Shown here: piece after piece, positions 18,417 through 21,768 of the stretch
Numbering within the stretch: the first letter of the stretch is position 1
Layout of the letters: every line of letters begins with the position of its first letter
From: Candidatus Methylomirabilia bacterium
Lineage (GTDB): Bacteria; Methylomirabilota; Methylomirabilia; Rokubacteriales; CSP1-6
Reading direction: 5' to 3'
Assembly: GCA_041492755.1 (NCBI GenBank)
Contig: JBGPXN010000069.1
Span: 1 to 21,768 of the forward strand
Length of the DNA stretch: 21,768 nucleotides
The notes under the pieces: generated by a model
Told to the model about the DNA's origin: nothing
Seen by the model: only the letters and a program-made list of their open reading frames with translations
The model's database searches: none
Program-made: the position numbers and the translations under genes

Positions 18417-19757
18417 GTGGACTACCTGGACCGCCTCGCCGCGTGGGCCGCCACCACGCCGCTCGACGCGCTGCCGCCCGCCGTGCGCGAGCGCGCGTGC
18501 CTGGTGATCGCCGACAGCCTGGGTGTGACCGCCCACGGCATGCAGACCTCCGAGATGCGCGAGTTCGTCGCGCGCCACCTTGGTGACGGACGGCCGGGCC
18601 GAGCGTCGGTGATCGGCGCCCGCCGGCGCGCCGATCCCGCGAGCGCCGCGCTGCTCAACGGCACGGCCGGCACCTGGATCGACATGAACGAGGGCAACCT
18701 GCACGCGAACGGCCATCCCGGCATCCAGGTCGTCCCGCTCGCGTGGGCGCTCGCCGAGCAGGAGGGCAGGGCGGGGCGCGACCTGCTTGCCGCCTTCGTC
18801 GTCGGCTACGAGGTGAGCGCGCGCATCAAGCGGGCGTCGGCCACGCGCCTGGCCGTCCACCCCCACGGCACCTTCGGCACCATCGGCGCGGCCGTGGCGC
18901 TCGCCCGCCTGCTCGGCTACGGCCCCCTCGCCACTCGCGAGATCATCAACGTGAGCGCCACGCTCGGCGTGGCCGCCAGCCGCCGCGCGCTCACGACCGG
19001 CGCCACCGTGCGCAACGTCTACACCGGTCTCAGCGGCTCGATGGGATGGCTCGCGCACACCCTGGTGCAGAGCGGGTTCACGGGCGAGCCCGACGCCGTC
19101 GCGTCCGTGTACGGCGCGATCTACGCCGATCGCTTCGACCCGGAGGCGGCGGTGGCCGGGCTCGGCGAAGAGTTCCTGCTGCCGCGCGGGTTCATCAAGG
19201 TCCACGCGTGCGGGCGCTACATCCACGGGGCGCTCGATTGCATCGAGATTCTGATGGCGCGGCGCCCGCTCTCGCCGGAGTCCATCAAGGCCATCCGTGT
19301 ACGGACCTACGCCATGGCGGCGAGCCTCGGCCACACGGAGGTCCGGTCGGAGTTCGGTGCGCGGTTCTCGCTGCCCTTTGCCGTGGCGTCGCTCCTCTGT
19401 CACGGCCGCTCGGGCCTCGACAACTACGACGCGGCCGCCGTGGCCGATCCGCGGCTCAAAGCGCTGGCCCGCCGCGTGGAGGTCGCGGAGGATCCCGACT
19501 TCACCCGCGCCTTCCCCGCGCGCCAGCCGACCGAGGTGACCGTAGTGCTCGCCGACGGCACGGAGATGTCGGAACGCGCGGACTATCACCGGGGCGAGGC
19601 CGAGCACCCGCACCCGCCCGACGCCGTGCGGCGAAAGTTCCTCGACCTGGCCGTGCCGGTGTGGGGTCGCGGGCGGGCGGAGACTCTCTACGACCGCGTG
19701 CTCGACCTCGAGGGCGTGCCCGACGTGGCTGCGCTGGCCGGGGACGCCGGACTGTAG
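18417..19757 (+). CDS. MmgE/PrpD family protein (divergent clade)
   Basis: IADSLGV, AALLNGTAG, GHPG, AFVVGYEV, HPHGTFG, IKVHACGRYIH, ARFSLPF, RGE.E.P; GTG 2 nt after the upstream stop. Confidence 0.88.
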   Translation: MDYLDRLAAWAATTPLDALPPAVRERACLVIADSLGVTAHGMQTSEMREFVARHLGDGRPGRASVIGARRRADPASAALLNGTAGTWIDMNEGNLHANGHPGIQVVPLAWALAEQEGRAGRDLLAAFVVGYEVSARIKRASATRLAVHPHGTFGTIGAAVALARLLGYGPLATREIINVSATLGVAASRRALTTGATVRNVYTGLSGSMGWLAHTLVQSGFTGEPDAVASVYGAIYADRFDPEAAVAGLGEEFLLPRGFIKVHACGRYIHGALDCIEILMARRPLSPESIKAIRVRTYAMAASLGHTEVRSEFGARFSLPFAVASLLCHGRSGLDNYDAAAVADPRLKALARRVEVAEDPDFTRAFPARQPTEVTVVLADGTEMSERADYHRGEAEHPHPPDAVRRKFLDLAVPVWGRGRAETLYDRVLDLEGVPDVAALAGDAGL

Positions 19758-19777
19758 CAGCCAATGGAGGCTCAGCG

Positions 19778-21121
19778 GTGTCTGACTTCCGCCAATACTT
19801 AGAGAACCTCGAAAAAGCCGGGCAGCTCGTTCACGTCACGAAAGAAGTGAGCCCGGAGTTCGAGGTCGCGGCGTACGTTCGCAAGTCGTCCGATACGGAG
19901 GGGCCGGCGTTCGTGTTCGAGAACGTGAAAGGGCATCCCGGCTGGCGGCTTGCGGCCGGTCTGTACGGGACGATGGCCCGCCTGCCGATCGCCCTCGGGT
20001 GCGCGATGGATCAGGTCGTCGACCGGTACGGCGCCGCCGTCCGCACACCGATTCCACCGCGGCTCGTGAAGGACGGCCGGTGTCGCGAGGTCGTCCTGAA
20101 GGGCGACCAGGCCGATTGCACGACGTTGCCGATCGTCGTGCACTCCGAGCTGGACGCCGGCCGCTACCTCACGGCCGGCGTCATGTTCGGCCGTGATCCC
20201 GACACCGGAATCCTGGGCGTGGGCTTGCAGCGCATGCAGCTCAAAGGGCCGCGGCGGTTCGGCGTGAACATGCCGGCCGAGCGGCGGGTGGGGCGCGCGG
20301 CGCTCAAGGCCGAGGATCGCAACGAGCGGTTCGGCGTCGCGGTGGTGCTCGGCGCCGGGCCGTACGTCGACCTCGCCTCGCAAGCGAAGATCCCGCACAC
20401 GCAGGAGAAGCTCGGCGTGGCCGGCGCCCTGGCCGGACACCCCATCGAGATGCTGCCCTGCGAGACGGTCGACGCCGACGTCCCCGCCGACGCGGAGATC
20501 GTCATCGAGGGGCACTTCGTGCCCAAGGCGCGCGAGCCCGAAGGGCCGTTCGGCGAGGTCGCGGGCACCTACGGCCTCCTGGGCAACCGCCACGTCTTCG
20601 AGGTCAGCGCCATCACGATGCGCAAGGACGCGATGTACCAGACGGCGCTCACCGGCATGCCGACGACGGACAACCACGTGCAGGGCTGGCCGGCCATCTG
20701 CGAATCGATCAAGCGCATGGCGCAGCAGGCGTGCCCCGAGGTCGTCGACGTGCACGCCATCGGCCCCTACTACATCGCGATCGTCTCGATCCGGAAGCGG
20801 CTGGCGTACGAAGCCCGCAACGTCATCCTCAGCGTCCTGGGCCCGACCGCCGGGGCCCCTCAGGCCAAGTACTGCATCGTCGTGGACCCCGACGTGAACG
20901 TCCGGGACATCAACCAGGTCTTGTGGGCGCTGTACACCCGGGTGCAGCCGGATCAGGACGCGATCATCTTCCCGTTGATGGTGGGCGCGCCGCTGGACCC
21001 GTCAGCGCCCGTGCATCGCCACTCGTCGAAGATGGGTTTCGACGCAACCGTCCCGCTGGGGGAGTCGAGGGAGCGCTACAACCGGGTGGTCGTCCCGGGC
21101 GTCGACGAGGTGTCGTGGTGA
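19778..21121 (+). CDS. UbiD-family (prFMN-dependent) decarboxylase
   Basis: DFRQYL..LE..G.L, GPAFVFENVKG, D.GRY.TAG, QRMQ, VPADAEIVIEG, EGPFGE..G.Y, IVVD.DVN..D...VLWA..TR, LDPS, KMGFDAT; GTG after GGAGG (19766-19770). Confidence 0.93.
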   Translation: MSDFRQYLENLEKAGQLVHVTKEVSPEFEVAAYVRKSSDTEGPAFVFENVKGHPGWRLAAGLYGTMARLPIALGCAMDQVVDRYGAAVRTPIPPRLVKDGRCREVVLKGDQADCTTLPIVVHSELDAGRYLTAGVMFGRDPDTGILGVGLQRMQLKGPRRFGVNMPAERRVGRAALKAEDRNERFGVAVVLGAGPYVDLASQAKIPHTQEKLGVAGALAGHPIEMLPCETVDADVPADAEIVIEGHFVPKAREPEGPFGEVAGTYGLLGNRHVFEVSAITMRKDAMYQTALTGMPTTDNHVQGWPAICESIKRMAQQACPEVVDVHAIGPYYIAIVSIRKRLAYEARNVILSVLGPTAGAPQAKYCIVVDPDVNVRDINQVLWALYTRVQPDQDAIIFPLMVGAPLDPSAPVHRHSSKMGFDATVPLGESRERYNRVVVPGVDEVSW

Positions 21122-21151
21122 CCCGAGCACCAGGCCGCCGAAGTTGGACCG

Positions 21152-21361
21152 CTACGCTACTCGGATCGTTTGGATACCGACGAATTCAGACTCGAGTTTC
21201 GGCTCGCCATCTTCGAGGAGCATCTCAACGACTTCTTGAAGATTCCGCCGAAGTTCGTCGAGGCCCTCCCCTTGACCGTGAGCACCCGGCCAGCCCGGCA
21301 CGTAGCCCACGTACAGGCCCGTGTCGGGATCTCGCTCAACCACGATGTTGAAGGTGCGCAT
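21152..21361 (-). CDS. hicB: HicB-family antitoxin (short form, no DNA-binding domain), orphan
   Basis: MRTFNIVVERDPDTGLYVGYVPGWPGAHGQGEGLDELRRNLQEVVEMLLED; AAGGAG RBS; 69 aa. Confidence 0.88.
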   Translation of the reverse strand: MRTFNIVVERDPDTGLYVGYVPGWPGAHGQGEGLDELRRNLQEVVEMLLEDGEPKLESEFVGIQTIRVA

Positions 21362-21457
21362 CGTTCGACTCCTTCGGGTCGATCCTACTCGATAGCTCAC
21401 CATAATCGTGTTCGTTGTCGGCCCGGCGGCGCGGCCCGTAGCCCTCGGCGGTAGGGC

Positions 21458-21768
21458 TCAGGGACGCCCTTCCAGGGCGCGGCGGAGCTGGGCGAGATGC
21501 TTGTCGTCGTGCGCCGCGATCAGCGCAACCCAGTCCGCAAACGTCATGCGCCCCAAGGTGACATGAACACTCCCGCGTTGCCACTGTTCCGGCGCCAACC
21601 GTCCCAGAACAGCCAGGGTCTCCTGGCGTCGGCGGCGGAGGGCCGCAAGCGCCAGCCCGGTATCGTTGCGCAGGTACTGGCGTTCTTCTGCCCATCGATC
21701 GGGATCTAGTGGCAAGGCGTCGCCGTCGACGATCCCCCAGGCCGTCCGGTCGGGCGGCATCTCTCCCA
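21458..21768 (-). CDS. DinB family protein, 5' end outside the window
   Basis: DPDRWAEERQY, RRRRQETL..L..L..EQW.R...H...G.MT..DWVAL.AAHD..HL.QL; the frame stays open to the window edge. Confidence 0.85.
   Translation of the reverse strand, partial: GEMPPDRTAWGIVDGDALPLDPDRWAEERQYLRNDTGLALAALRRRRQETLAVLGRLAPEQWQRGSVHVTLGRMTFADWVALIAAHDDKHLAQLRRALEGRP

Noticed and set aside
19778..21121. Ubiquinone-pathway ubiD
   Set aside because: No ubiA/ubiX/mqn context in the window and it is linked to a catabolic-type unit; only the family level is supportable.

Overview
A GC-rich bacterial chromosome segment; the style suggests Ca. Rokubacteria/Methylomirabilota, but that is my impression and is unverified. 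Bases 154-10629 (+) carry a TCA-cycle cluster: mdh, two-subunit class I fumarase, a three-gene succinate dehydrogenase, sucCD and ndk. The SDH membrane anchor resembles the actinobacterial Sdh1 (type F, Rieske-bearing) anchor rather than SdhC/SdhD. The cluster is interrupted by small accessory genes: a VOC protein, a DUF6883-DUF4926 toxin/antitoxin-like pair and a retropepsin-like protease. A convergent transaldolase with two C-terminal EF-hands follows (10772-11938, -). The right half is an accessory catabolic region with two divergent '2OG-Fe(II) oxygenase + MmgE/PrpD' modules, one extended by a UbiD decarboxylase, plus a CMD/AhpD-like protein. It also holds three genes broken by large clean deletions (an Ntn acylase, a D-aminoacylase-like tail and an IPNS-like oxygenase), a palindromic repeat-like element, an orphan hicB and a DinB gene cut by the window edge. 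No rRNA, tRNA, CRISPR array or transposase was seen. All family assignments come from motif recognition by eye, not from database searches.
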